Of a stretch of DNA of 64,000 nt, positions 1 through 13,479 are shown piece by piece (the first letter of the stretch is position 1; every line of letters starts with the position of its first letter). The stretch is from contig NC_087437.1 of the NCBI RefSeq assembly GCF_036321535.1, positions 73,348,001 to 73,412,000 on the forward strand. Reading direction: 5' to 3'. A program made the translations under genes and the position numbers. Under the pieces are notes generated by a model, which worked only from the letters and a program-made list of their open reading frames with translations, did not search any database and was not told the origin of the DNA. The stretch is from Camelus dromedarius (Eukaryota).

Positions 1-504
1 CCCATATTTTGAAAAATCTACACAGTATAAAGCATATAAAGTACAAAGAAAAAAAATGACATAAAAAAGTGTTGATATGGAGCATGGGGAAAATAAGCAG
101 TACAGAGGCATGAATGTTACAATAACTGATTTTGATGATCCAAATAGATCTTGACATCTCATTTACTTATTCTAAGAAATATCACTTCGGTTACCTATTT
201 CTTCTCACACCAGCTCAGGGAATTAAAAAAAAATCACAGTTTCTGAATTTTTATTATATTAGTTAAAAAATCTGCAATAGATTGGAATTTTGATCTAAAA
301 TAAAAGTTAAATTTAATGGAGAAAAACATAATTAAGTTAAGAAAAATCAATATAACTGAAAGGAAGATGTTTGGATTGAAAGGACAATCCTTTGTGGCAG
401 GCTGTCAAACATACACACACACATGAATGAAAGCAGACCATTTTAACAGATGTACAGATATTAGACGAGAAGAGGTTATAGTCCAAATATATTTGGCACT
501 TACA

Positions 505-960
505 ATCCTGGAGTATTGCATTTCATTCCAGAAAACATATTTCATGAGAAATACTAAATTAGAACTTTCTCAGAGGAGAGGGACCAGAGAGGGAAGATAA
601 ACTGTATCATACAAGGAATGACTGAAAACCCTGTAAACACTCAAGTTGGTTTTTAAACATACTGAGAGCAAGTCAGAAGAATTTACATATTTGAAAAGCT
701 ATCAAACAATTTCTGAAGGGTTGTTGTAAGCATTTGAGGTGTGTAAAAAAAGGATCTGGGGTAAAAGAAATATGTTCTTAATAGCTGCAGCTTAAAAGGC
801 CTAAAAGAATTTTAAGTATTATAGAAATCAGAATCGGGACTAACTAAGTTGAAAGGTAGCAAGATTTCTAATTTTCTAGCAATGTTAATTATCAAAAATA
901 AAATATAATGCCTCGGGAGCTAGTAAAATTGTTAATGCAAGTGTAGCAGGTTAGGTAACC
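505..960 (+). mobile_element. L3/CR1 LINE fragment, very old
   Basis: ctggagtattgc...cagaggagagggaccag...catacaaggaatgactgaa...catatttgaaaagctatca resembles the L3 ORF2 3' consensus from memory. Confidence 0.5.
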
Positions 961-1401
961 CATAACATCACATCTTTGTTTTTTTAAAAAACTATGTACT
1001 GTGGATCAGTGGCAATTAGTACATTATGGGAAAAAAAATACTACCATCAAGAACAGGATTACTCAGTTGCAGAGAACTTTAAAATAAAAATATAAACTTG
1101 AGTCACTTCTTACAGCATCCAAAACTGTATTACATATTCGTTATAAGTCCCTGTATACAAGCATTGTAACAGGAAAGAGAGTATACACTATAAGAACAAT
1201 TTTGGTATTTGGACTTCAAAGTATATACAGTACTTTGAGACATAAGGACAGAATAATGAAAATTAACCTAGTAGAGCAAAAATGGAAAATAAATTAAAGG
1301 ATAAGTTGCTTTTATATAAATTAAACAAATACAAAAGTAAGCTTATAAAAAGTGAAGTTCTAATTGGCCATTAGTTTATCTTCTTTGATGAAAAGTCTAT
1401 A

Positions 1402-1510
1402 CAGTCAGCCTTTCATAACCACAGGCTCCCTATTTGAGGATTCAACGAACTGTGGATCAAAAAAATTTGAAAAAAATTTCCATAGTTTCAAAAAGAAAAA
1501 CTTGAATTTT
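1402..1510 (-). mobile_element. Truncated MER2/MER2B-like Tigger-family DNA transposon end
   Basis: TA then cagtcagcctttc...ggattcaacgaactgtggatcaaaaaaatttg...aaaacttgaattt; homologous to the left part of the copy at 43532. Confidence 0.7.
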
Positions 1511-1600
1511 TTAACTCTAATAAATCTAGTTTATACTTTTTCCCTTTTCTATTCCATGTTTTTGTGTTCTAGTACGATTAAATTGTTTTGCAAATTGCGT

Positions 1601-1630
<30 letters not shown>
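1601..1630. repeat. (CA)n microsatellite, about 14-15 units
   Basis: Direct reading. Confidence 0.98.
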
Positions 1631-1632
<2 letters not shown>

Positions 1633-2569
1633 TTTTACAATTTTACATGTAGTTTATACCTCAGCAGGAAGTAACCACAGCAAAATTTTTCAACCTTGTC
1701 GCTACCTTTTTTGAATACAGCCTGCAATTTTTCAAGTTCTGCTTAAAAGTGAAGCCATTACTTTAACATATTTCTAATGGGGTATTTGTGGTTTCCATGG
1801 GAACACATACATCAGTAATAAGGCATTTAAATGATTCAAATACATTTACATGGCATTTCTTTCAATAAACAGGATTGATAGCTTAAATAATTGCTGCCCG
1901 ACAAACATTTGAAATTGAGATTATTACCTTTGTAAAGCACCAATGAATTTAAAATAGGAATCATTATAAAGCTAAGTATTTCCTTTTAAAGAACTTTAAC
2001 AATTCTCTTTCTTCCAAAGTTACTTATGTGCATGAAATATTCTGCAGTTAGCAAGTTTTATGTCTCATCTAACATTCACTGTAGTTAAAGGTACTGTAAA
2101 GATTTCATTCAAAGTGTATTTTAAGCTTTAGTATGTATGTGAGCAGTCAAACGGTTATAATGGTAAACCAACCATAAAACAATGTATAATTTGCATTTTA
2201 AAAAGAAAATCTTTTTATTCTTTAAAAAAAGTTTAAAAACTTTAAATAATTTTTGCTTATGTCAAATTGATTTTTATGAATACTCAATAATATTATATGA
2301 AAATGGTAATAGATCTTGAGATTAAACTCAGTGAAAACACGCATAGAATAGTCAGTTACTTCCAGTCTGCTTTTAGTAACTCACTAGCTGACTAATCAAT
2401 TATTTAGTTAAATATTACACTCAGAATCACACTGAATTACCTGTGTAGGACATTGGTCCCAAGTAACACCGATTATTTTTCAATCTACCATCAGTATTAT
2501 TTTCTCAGGGGGAAAAAAAAAGGTCAAGAGATAGAACTAGAATGGGCCTTAAAATTCAACTTTATTCCC

Positions 2570-2790
2570 AATGCAGAAATGCCTCCTCCAGAAATACAAC
2601 AAAAGACAATAGCTGAGTCCTTTCAACACGGCCAGTTGGGAAACATGTACTAGATATCAACCCCTTTATCAGCAGACCCAACTACTAGAGAGGTCTTCTT
2701 TATACTGAGTATTCAAATCTATGTTCCTGTGTCCTTCACCTTCTGGTCCTAGCTCTGTTTTCTAAAACTATAAAGAAAAATTATACTCCC
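2570..2790 (-). mobile_element. L3/CR1 fragment
   Basis: gtcttctttatactgag...ccttcaccttctggtcctagctctg resembles antisense L3. Confidence 0.4.
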
Positions 2791-5231
2791 CAAATCAACA
2801 GGAAATCATCAAGGAGTTCAGCTCTGTGGAAAAACTAAACAGCAATTATGTAATCACAGAAATACTAAATGAACTGAAGCTGGGCTCTTGAAAACAAGAA
2901 ACAGACCTAAAAGAATTCACCATAAGAGCTCTTGAGTGTGTTACACATGTATTTGCTCGTAATCAGCATATAAAGGTAAAGAAAGTTGTGCATTTCTGTA
3001 AATATGGAAATGATTTTAACCGCTTTGATGATTTCCAAAAAATATTTGTAAGGTAGCCTCAATGATTCAAACTAAAGTAACACTCCAGATAAGGTTCTCC
3101 CCCCAACAATGAGTCTTACTAATTCCTCACTAATAAAATACTGTTTAGTCTGATCATAAGTTTAACTTTTCAATTTACATGCCCAAGGAAACACATATGT
3201 CACTTTGGGGCTTATTTCTTTTCAGAATCAGATTCCCAAATAGCAAGCAATCAATATATTAACAACACTTAGTCAACAATAGGATAGTTGTTTGCCCTGA
3301 ATATATTTCTTATTAAGCAAATACCAGTAAAGCAAACAAAGAGTACATAAATTTGAGGGACCAACATCTTGGTTTGAGAATATGTGCCAAAGAATCAACA
3401 AAATAAATTTGGAATCATGCCACAACCAAACTTAACCAGTAGTGACAGCATGTCTCTGGGGAAAGAAAGTGGTAACTGTGTCTACTATCCTGCCTAGAAA
3501 CAGGAAATCGGTACTATGGTAGCTTGGTAACTATGGAAATCCATCTGACAAACTGCCAAGACAGTTTAGGTGAGTCTCAGACTCACAGAAGAAAAATGGA
3601 ATAATTTAGTGGCACTAGGTCAAACGACTAATGTTAACTCACCCAAGGAAAAGCTAGAGTCAAATCCCTTGGAATGTTTTTTCACCTATTAGATTTTTTT
3701 AAATTCTTGATTTTTGGCATTGTAAAGATTTCTAAATCAATAAACATCTTGAATTTAATTTAGTATTTCTAACTGATTTTTAACTTGTAGCACTTAAAAA
3801 TATATGGCCGGTGTGTTATCATTGAGGTTTTTTTTTTTTTAATAAACCAATGGACTATCTAAAAGGGTTTAAGTTAGTTCATTCAAATATGCTTTCTTCA
3901 GATTTAAGAGGTTTCAAACTTAAAATTTTATGTTACTGAAAATGTTCATTCTAACTTCATCTTATTTAAGAAACTGGAATCAATTCAAAGCAAAAGTGTG
4001 TGAAGTATTCAGTAAATTTGTCATTAAATGAATTGGTTTTATATTAAGTATCAACTACCCATTTTCTGACTCCTTTCTAAATGTATCCTATGCTGTTTTC
4101 TAGTTACTCCATTATTTTATGAAATAGAGAATAAAAATGAAATATTAAACAATACATAGCAAATCATAACATTACAACTCAGGTTACTCTCCACCTCTTC
4201 AAGTTCTATAAGATTAATGCCTCCTATTTCACTCTCCAAAGTGACTATCACAGTGATAAGTACTTTTACTACAGTTCACATGGGTATGTTTTATTATAAA
4301 TTAGATATTCTTCTAATTACCTTAGGAAGATTTTTCAGAGGTTGTGATATATGAGCCATTTTAATTACGGGAGGAAAGTATTTTAAATAGGAATGATCAG
4401 AAATGGAGAAAGAGGCTACTAAGAGATTGGAGAAAAGGCCTGGGAGTAGTAGAGAAGTCAGAAGTACAAGGGAAGTCTCTTACAGAAACAGCAGTCTCAA
4501 AATTGGGGCGGGTGCACTATTATATACAACCAGACACTGAGGAATGAATATTTGATATCAGGGTCATCCTGGAAATTCTAGGATAAAAGATTCTTGTAAC
4601 AATCAATATGTCAGGAAGGTTTTGATAATAATTAATAGCCTGACATGGTCTCCCTGCAGTGTTTTCATGTTAACAGGCAGTAACAGATTACTAAATTAAT
4701 CACTACTAATCCCCATTAATTTCTATTACTATTATTCTCTGACGGTAAGTCAGGCTCTGTGGCAGGCATGGAGGCCTCACTGGCACTGCCCCCATCACAA
4801 TACGAAAGTAACTGCCTAAAGCAGCGCTCCACTTAGGACAGCTTAATTTAACCAAGGACTCCGTAATTGAATCTACTTAGGAAGAGTCTAAAAAACCTCC
4901 CTCAGCTTGGCTCACTATAATTCACTGAATGAACACTGTAAGTTTAGACATATTGGTACTTACCTAAAATAACATATTATTTATATTATTCCCTCAAAAG
5001 TCCATTTGTGGCCTTTACTGTTTTTTAATTTTTTTTTTAATTTTTAACATGTTAAAAAATTCCAAAACAACAATTTGCCAGGACTAAAATTAAGACTAAG
5101 TAGCCAAATTCAAAATAAAGTTAGATTGGTAATGTCTATGTAAAATTTAGTTCACAAATAAGAAGTCTATTCTCTGAAAACAATTTAGTGAACATTTAAA
5201 ATAACTCAGCTCTCTGTCCAGACTGCTCTAT

Positions 5232-5262
<31 letters not shown>

Positions 5263-7256
5263 CTGCTCCCAATAAAGAACATGAAAGCTTTTAAATAAAG
5301 AATGCTATTAGGTCCCTTAAAATCTGGAAGGAAATTTCATTGTTCTTAGCTTACTTTGTTTAACTTCAATAGTTCTTTTACTTCTTATTATTTCTGAGTC
5401 AATCAACAGTCACCTCTAATCAAGGCTTATAGCTCCCTGATGGCAGTGTGAATTTAAAACAGATCTCAAATAAACCACTCAAAATTTAATGTTCTGATTG
5501 TGTCTTAAGTATGAATAGTCTAAATTTAATTCTTTAAAACCCTAGGGAAAACACACAATTTATGTGAATTAATGGTTAGAATAATACCTTTTCGCAGGAG
5601 TTCCCAAGTAGCATTAAGCAATTAAAAGTTTTTATTTTCCCAAAGTTTAGCATTACATCTGAGTTAATGTTTCAGACTTGACTTTATAGCACCTCATAAA
5701 CCATGTTAAAGTATTTTGGTAGCAACTTTAAAAAGATGAAGTTCATTTCCAGTTACTGTACATTGGCAGTAATTAATTCTTTCGAAATGATAAGATATTA
5801 TAGATTGGTACCTAATTACACCATCTTATTTAAAAACAACGTTGTACTGGTTATAAAATTTCCAAGTTGTTTAAAACAAAATTTCTAGGTGTTACACAGC
5901 CAGAAGGATGAGGTGACACTGCTATAGATTCTGATGTCCTGCTTGTTCCCGCCAAATGCCTGGAATAACCTGCTAGCTTGGGAAATTGTTTTTGTAAAGA
6001 ATTAATTTCACTATCACTGCAACTCAACAACAATTACTGAGTAGCCTCTGTACAGAGCAGTTCATTAGTTATCAAGGAAGGTTACAAAGGTAGTACCATG
6101 GTTTCTGTTTCCAAGGGCTTATAATTAAGAAAATAGGAAAATAGAGGACTCACAAATACACATCTATTAAGTACAAATAATGAGTATATCATTTTTATAA
6201 TGAATCAGTTCTTATAACTTACTTATAGATTCAATGGAAGAAGATGAGATGTTCTTAACAAAGATAGGACCAAGTGGAATTATACTATAGAAAGTTTTAT
6301 AAAAGATGTGAATTAGATGTTCTCTCTGGCTCACTCAGAACATCTCAAAAGACCAACATTTAATTCTTTTATTTTAATCATCTACTTTTTTTTTTTTTCC
6401 AGTATTGAGTATTGGTGATTGGGATGAAGCCAGCTCTTTTTTTTTGTTTGTTTTGTTTTTCATTTAATCTGAGTGAAATAATTCAGTCTGTATTAGAAAT
6501 AGTTCTGAGGGAACTATTTTGCATAACTTTTTTTTTTCTTTCTTAAGATAGTCCTAACTTTCCCACTCAGGCAGTTAAACTACAAATCAGAAACAGTAAG
6601 AATCAAGGTCAGAGGATTTCAACTCCTTCCTGAAAAATCACATAATGCACTGATGTTGCTGATACATTAAAAATACTGAAATGCAATTATACCCAGAATC
6701 TTTATTGACTAGAAATCATCACTCCAGGATCCCCAGATCAGCACTGGTTTATATGTATACAGTAAGTCTAAAATAAACTTTCTTAGAGTATTTCTATGAT
6801 TTACTTAAGTCAAAATAACTGAATTTGAATCTTCTTATTATAACAAGATTGCTAATCTCATCTGATGCTACTAAAAATAAGAGTTAACAACATGACTCAA
6901 ATATTTTTCCTTCATGTACCACTTTCTTAATATCTATATTTCTTGGTGAGATGAGAATTACTTACAGTATTTATATCTCCTGAGGTTACTAGATATTGGA
7001 GCAACTCTAGTGACCACGAAAAACTACTGTCTTTGAATTAATTCATTAAATTTACTGTCAATGAAGCTTATATAGGAAAAATAAAATGATGTATCATAAA
7101 AGTATATTAACCATATTAATAGAAACAATAATAGGTATTACCACCCCCATTCCAGAGAGAAAGTATGGCATTGCATTGCAATCATATTAACTGGATTTCA
7201 TCAAAATTAAGAAATTCTGCTCTTCAATAATCACTGTTAAGAGAATGATGAGCAAG

Positions 7257-7403
7257 TGGAGAGGGTATAGCTCAGTGGTCGTGCGCATGCTTAGCTTGCA
7301 CAAGGTCCTAGGTTCAATCCCCAGTACCTCAATTAAAAATTATTTTTAAATAAACAAATAAACAAACAAACAAACCTAATTACCTGTCCCCAGCCCCCCT
7401 TAA
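7257..7403 (+). mobile_element. tRNA-derived SINE, camelid vic-1-like
   Basis: A box tagctcagtgg, B box ggttcaatcc, then ccagtacctc, an A-rich linker and the tail aaacctaattacct. Degenerate TSD aagagaatgatgagcaag (7239-7256) / aagagaaagataagcagg (7404-7421). Confidence 0.85.
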
Positions 7404-7478
7404 AAGAGAAAGATAAGCAGGAGAATGGGGGAAAATGTTTCTAAATGATATTACCTAACAAAGGACTTGTATCCAAAA

Positions 7479-7866
7479 TGTCTTATACCACTCAGGTTGC
7501 TATAACAAACTACCATGGACTAGGTGGTTTAAAGAACAAACATTTATTTCTCACCGTTCTGGAGGCTGGGAAGTCCTAGCCTCCTATATGTCTAAGATTT
7601 TGGCTCTTGGTGAGGGCACTCTTCCAAATTTACAGTCAGCTATCTTCCTGTTGTAGCCTTACATGGCAGAAAGAGAAATAATCTCTCTCCTGTCTCTTCT
7701 TATGAGGGCTCTAATCCCCTCATGAGAGCTCCACTCTGGTGACCTCATCACCCATAAAGGCCCCACTTGTTAAATACCATCACACTAGTGATAGGGTTTC
7801 AATGTATGAATCGGAGTGGGGCGGGGGAGGGCAGGGAGAGGGGACACAAACATTCATTCCATAACA
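7479..7866 (-). mobile_element. MaLR solo LTR (MLT1A/B-like)
   Basis: TG...CA termini, 5-bp TSD caaaa (7474-7478 and 7867-7871). Minus strand begins TGTTATGGAATGAATGTTTGTGTCCCC. Confidence 0.9.
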
Positions 7867-9164
7867 CAAAAGATATAAAGAACTCTTAATCCAGTAAAAA
7901 TGAGCAAATGCTTGAAAAGAGACTTCACTAAAGAGGACAAACAGGTGACAAATGAGAAAATGAAAAAAATGTTCCACGTGTTAGTAGCTAGGGGAAAAAG
8001 TACAAATTAAAACCATACTGAAATAACCACACACCTATTAATGTCTAAAATTTTAAAGGTCTGAATATAATAAATGGTGTTAATGGTGGTAAAGGTATGG
8101 AGCAACTCATACATTGCTGGTGAAAACATAAATGGTAAAACCACTTAAGATGAATTTGGCATTTTTTTTTATTAACATTTTTAAAGTTATGTTTACCATA
8201 TGACCCAGCCATTTCAAATGTAGGTGTTTACTCAAGATAAATGAAAGCATATGTTTACACAAAGGCATACATAAATGTCCATAACAGCATTGTTTATAAT
8301 AGCCTAAAAGTGGAAATAATGCAAATGTCCATCAACAGGTGAATGTATAAACAAAATGTAGTCAATCTACAAGTATGCCTATCTAAAAGGAATGAATTAT
8401 TGATAAAACAGTATGAAGAAATCTCAAAATTATGTGGAGTGAAAGAAGCGAGACCAAAAAAGAGAACCTACTGTATGATTCTGTTACATAAAATTCAAAA
8501 ATGTTTATTAAAGTAATATATAGAGACAGAAGGCAAATCAGTAATTGTTTCCCTGGAGATGGGGAGAGGGAGCAGGGGCAGGACAAGAGGGGAAGATTTC
8601 ACAGGATTCCCAGAAAACCTTTGAAAATGGTGAATATGGACATTATGCTGATTGTGGTGATGTTTCTTGGCTATGTGTATATATGTATATGTTTGTGTAT
8701 ATATAAAATACATCAAACACATTTTAAATATGTATAGTTTGTTGTATGCCAATTGTATTTCAGTAAAATTCTTTTTAAAAAAAGAAAAAAAGACATCATC
8801 ATAGGCATGTATCAATTTGTCCCTAAAATATAATCTCCATAAAGATAATACTTTAAAAAATTCTGTTTCATTAACTATGCATTCCCAATACTGACACATA
8901 TTAAGTACTCAAAAAATAGCTGTTTGATAAATGAATAACAGAGAAAAAAACAGAAATATGAATCAAAAATTATGGACTCCATTTTAATTTCATTTCAAGC
9001 ACAACTAAACTTATAATAAGAGTATCAATGATTTCCAAAAGAAATATATGCTGGGTTTACATGAGTCAAAGTAGTATAAGTTTTACTCTTCTACTGAAAT
9101 AATTTCACCGCTTTGTCTCTTTAATTTTTTTTTAAGAATTACATAACTTCTTTTTAAATAACAA

Positions 9165-9290
9165 TAATAATAACAGAAAACACAGAGTATTTACTATATG
9201 CCAGGCAGTGTTCTAAGGATATAAGATATGGTAATTTATTAATCCTTATAAAACCTTATAAAGTAGGTTTATCTTTTCCTCATTTATAAA
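9165..9290 (-). mobile_element. MIR fragment
   Basis: gagtatttactatatgccaggcagtgttctaag...tttaatccttataaaacct...ctcattt. Confidence 0.6.
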
Positions 9291-9889
9291 ATTTATTAGT
9301 AAGCGCTTTGATTTAGTAAAAATACTAATCCTTTACACTTCAGATGTTGCACTGATATTTTATTTGAATACATTATTTCAATATTATTTTATGTCATTAT
9401 TTCATTTAAACTTTGTTGATTACAAAACTTCTTCCCTCCTCCGACCAGAACAAGGTCCTACAATTCTTTCACTACTTGTCTCAGTAACTACCACTACCTA
9501 TTACCTGAAGGCAATATGCAAGATGAAAACTTTTTTGCTACTCGAGGGCAAAATCATTCTAGAAATATTCAGGATTCAGTTACTAAATATTCCACTTAGT
9601 CATACAGTTTCCTCTAATTTGGAATAAAAATGTTAACTCTTGTAGCACCTTCCTCCCTCCTTTCTTCCCAAAGCCCACAACTACTGGTATCTGGTATCTA
9701 GAAACATGTTAAAATATTCAGATCCTGGGAGAAAAACAGACCACTGATGATAATTAACAAAAGCAACTTATCTAAAAATATTATTGAAAAAATGGCAGGG
9801 ATGTATTGGAAAGATAAGTTTTGAGAATAATGAGACTCTATAGAATTATAAAGAGTAGCAGGGTAAATAGGTTTAAGAAAGCCTTGTGC

Positions 9890-10072
9890 GGGGGTGGGTA
9901 TTAACTCAAGTAGTAGAGTGCATGCTTAGCGCTCTGCTGGGTTCAATCCCCAGTACCTCCATCTAAAAAAAAAAAAATTAAATAAACCTAATTACCTCCC
10001 CCCACCAAAAACAAAAAGAACAAAACAACAACAACAACAAAAAAAACAAAAAACAAAAAACAAACAAAAAAA
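9890..10072 (+). mobile_element. tRNA-derived SINE, vic-1-like, short internal deletion and long A/C tail
   Basis: ctcaagtagtagagtgcatgcttagc...gggttcaatccccagtacctcc...aaataaacctaattacctccccc, then an (AAAC)-rich tail. Confidence 0.85.
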
Positions 10073-10429
10073 GTAAATCTTTAAATGAAATATGGTATTA
10101 TGATATTAAGATACTTGGAGGACATATCTCTAACTCCGTAACTTGATAAAAAGTAGGGCCACCATATGTTTCTAAAACCATACAGTTTGATAACATTTGA
10201 GCTCTAGTCATAACATAGTTTCTTAATTTTTTAATCTTCTTATTTTATCATGTAAGTCTATGGGAAAACATGATTCATCTTACTTAACTTTCTATACCAC
10301 AAATTTAGATACCAAGGAACAATGTACATATAATTCATGCTATATATACATATGAATCAAAACAAAAAATTTTCATATCTACTTATAAAATGCTTAAATA
10401 GCACACAAAAGAATGACAGTTTGCAGGAG

Positions 10430-11140
10430 AAAAATGACCCTTTAACCACTTGAAAAGATGCTGAAACTCACTAATAATGAGATTGCAAAATTGCAATGAT
10501 ATATTTACTACTTTTCACCTATCAGATTACCAATAATTGGGCAGAATACATATGCTTTTCGTGAGAATGTGGAGAAGCAGGTGCTTTCAAGCATCGCTCA
10601 TAGGAGTGCAAAAAAGTACAATATTTATAGAGGACAATTTGACAATACCCATCAAAATTTTAAACACATATACTATTTAATGCAGCAAGTTCAAGTCTAA
10701 AAATTTCTCCTGCAGATTATACCTGTGTAGATACAAAATATCATATATACAAAGCTATTCACTGTAGCATTATTGGTTTATTAAAATATTTTGACATTAC
10801 AAACTATATAGTATATACATGTTAGAATCCTGCGTGGATATACAGAAGAGTGAGAATTCTCTCTTTCCCAATAAAGAAAGATCTTCGTATTTTAGGAGGA
10901 AACGGCAAGATGTATAACAGAGTATGTATGTTGCCTTTTGTTTGAGAAGAGATAAAATGTGTGTGTATTTCCTTGCCTTATGTTTTATATAAACCATATG
11001 AAGACAAAAGAAATTTATACAAGTAATTTTTTGTAGAAGGTAGTGAGGGTAGGATAGGAATGGAAATGATAGTGAGATTTTAGAAAATACCCTTTTATAT
11101 TATTTTGTGTGTATTATCCACTCAAAAAATGTAAAAACAC
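10430..11140 (+). mobile_element. Old L1ME-type 3' fragment
   Basis: tgaaaagatgctgaaactcactaataat, cttttcacctatcagatt, gagaatgtggagaagcagg. Confidence 0.65.
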
Positions 11141-11609
11141 TCTGCCATGAATATTTATAAAAATTTACTAAAAAATAAGACATATGGTAGTGAATTATTG
11201 GGGAAAAATCATAATTTTCCCAGACTGATGAAACATTCCAGTGTAGTAATTCAGGTTTTCAACAGATCTACATTTTACTCTGCTAAAAGGTCACTGACAA
11301 AGGAGAGAAAAAGCATGGCAGAAAAATCAGAAACTATAGAAAAATAGAATATAAAACGTAATATTCACTGATAAGCCTAATATACAGATATCACAGCTAA
11401 CATTTTGGTGTATTATTATAGGGTCTCTTGTTTCTTCTGCTCTTTTTCATACATGATATATTGAAATCTGATACACTGATATTACATAATATTGACATTA
11501 AATATACTGAAATATATTATCTGAGAATCAGATATTCTAGAATAAACAATGCAGAAATTTTCAAATCATAGATTGAAAAGAATATAAAGTGGGGCTTTAT
11601 TCTTTCTTT

Positions 11610-11725
11610 CACATATTCATTAAAAAAAATTTTATTAGTTACCTACAACGTGCCAAGCTCTGTGTTGTGCCCTGGGACGACAGTACCAAGCAAAGGTCTC
11701 TGTCTTCATACTACTTACAGTCTAC
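11610..11725 (-). mobile_element. L2 3'-end fragment
   Basis: ttcattaaaaaaattttattagttacctacaacgtgccaagctctgtg...cttacagtcta. Confidence 0.6.
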
Positions 11726-11727
11726 AG

Positions 11728-12370
11728 CAGAAGCTCTCTAAGTTTGGGCCTTAGGGCCTCTTTAAACTTTAAAATTTTGAGAACCCAAAGTACTTTTACT
11801 TATATGGGTAGTAGCTATATTAAACATTAAAACTAAAATATTTTTAAGATATTTAATTGATTTAAAGATAAACTCATAATATGTTAATATAAACAGCATC
11901 TTTTAAATGAAAAATAACCATGTTTTTCAAAACAAAAGTTAGTGAGAAGAGTGGTCTTTTACTGTTTTGGTTTTTTTATTTTTTTACGTTTGTAAATCTT
12001 TTTAATATCTGAGTCAAAAAAAGAAAGCTTGATTTTCACATCTGCCACAGCATTCAATCTGTTAAAATATGTTGTTTGGTTGAAATATAGTTAGAAGAAA
12101 TGGCCTCACACAGATACATGGCTGGAAAAGGGAGGAATATTTTAATAGTCTTTCCAGATAAACAAGTACTGTCAGTTGTTTGTATTGAGTGACAGTTTCA
12201 CTTCACTGATTTTTGAGAAAATGTCTGCAAAATACTCAAGCCTGAATAATCATAGTTTGGTAGTCATTCTTTTAAGTAAAAGCAGTGTTTGACAAAAAAG
12301 GAAATTAGTTCAGCTTGGAATTCAGTCATATACTTTATGCATATATTCCATTTCATCCCACAGATTAATA
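11728..12370. mobile_element. hAT Charlie1-family DNA transposon fragment
   Basis: ttagtgagaagagtgg, gcattcaatctgtt, ggcctcacacagatac, ggaaaagggaggaatattttaatag match Charlie1 as recalled. Confidence 0.75.
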
Positions 12371-13275
12371 TACACATGTTTACATGTATATAAAAGAAAT
12401 ATTTTAAATAATGAAAACTGTCCTGTGTATTTTAACACCTGAAATAACATTCATAATACATTTTCAAGGTTGTTAAAAATCAAAAATTTACCAAAAAAAA
12501 TCATCTGACAGATAACTACTTCTGAAAATGTGGACATCAAGGGGGAAGAAAATCTCACGATAGTTGAAGAGATTACAAAGCTTTGTGACATGTCAGCGCA
12601 AAAATAACTTCCAAAGCCATATTCCCTACAGTATTGCTTCTTGACTGAAATTCCTGTTAGGTTCCTTAGTAGAGTCAAGTAATGTTACTTATTTCAAATA
12701 GTCACTAGTCCTGACTTCCAGAGAATAAATGCTACCTCAGGCTGAAGCAGAGCATTCTAAAAGATTCACATTTACATTCAGATTTTTTCATATTAAAAAT
12801 AAAACTGTATACATTAAAAATATTTTCCCAGAAAAGCTCCCTGGATCATTTTAGCTGGTTTGGGAAATAGTTCTTCACATCAGAGTATACAACTCTTCCA
12901 ATACAAGGCTAAAAAATAGCATTATACATAGAATGCACAATGTTGTCCAAAGTTTTAATACAAAGAAATTTTATATCAGTGTCCAGTATTTCATGCTGGA
13001 TTTGAAGCTTAATGAGATTAAAAAAACAGTCCCCTACAACTGTCAGCATTTAGCACTCTGTAAAATCACTGCAAAAATAAATAAATCACAGTGAACAAGG
13101 AATAAAAAAGATAACTGTTGTTTTTTGCAGCGAGTAGATTATATATCTAGAAAATTCAAGAAAATAAACTGAAAATCTATTAGAATGAATAACAAGTTCA
13201 AGAAAAAAGCCTAGAAACTTTTAAAAAAACTCAAAGCATTTCTATATGCTAATAACCAACTAGAAAAAGGCACAG

Positions 13276-13420
13276 AGCATACATCCAGAAGAAACTCTAA
13301 TTTGAAAAAGATACATGCACCTCAATGTTCATAGCAGCACTATATATAGCCAAGACACGGAAGCAACCTAAATATCCATTGACAGATGACTGGATAAAGA
13401 AGTTGTGGCATATATGTATG

Positions 13421-13479
<59 letters not shown>

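Larger units (their letters stand above)
7185..8775 (+). mobile_element. Old L1M (ORF2 3' end and 3' UTR) interrupted by a SINE and an LTR
   Basis: ctggatttcatcaaaattaa..., aaaggacttgtatccaaaa|gatataaagaactc, accatatgacccagc, caaatgtccatcaacaggtgaatg, ctgtatgattc. Confidence 0.85.

Noticed and set aside
5041..5058. 18-bp perfect palindrome tttttaacatgttaaaaa (also A/T mirror runs near 53270 and 58645)
   Set aside because: Low-complexity A/T runs make these expected by chance.
7257..7335. tRNA gene calls at 7257, 9890 and 24149 (A and B boxes present)
   Set aside because: Degenerate stems, a shared non-tRNA tail, A-rich ends and TSD-like flanks identify them as SINE copies.
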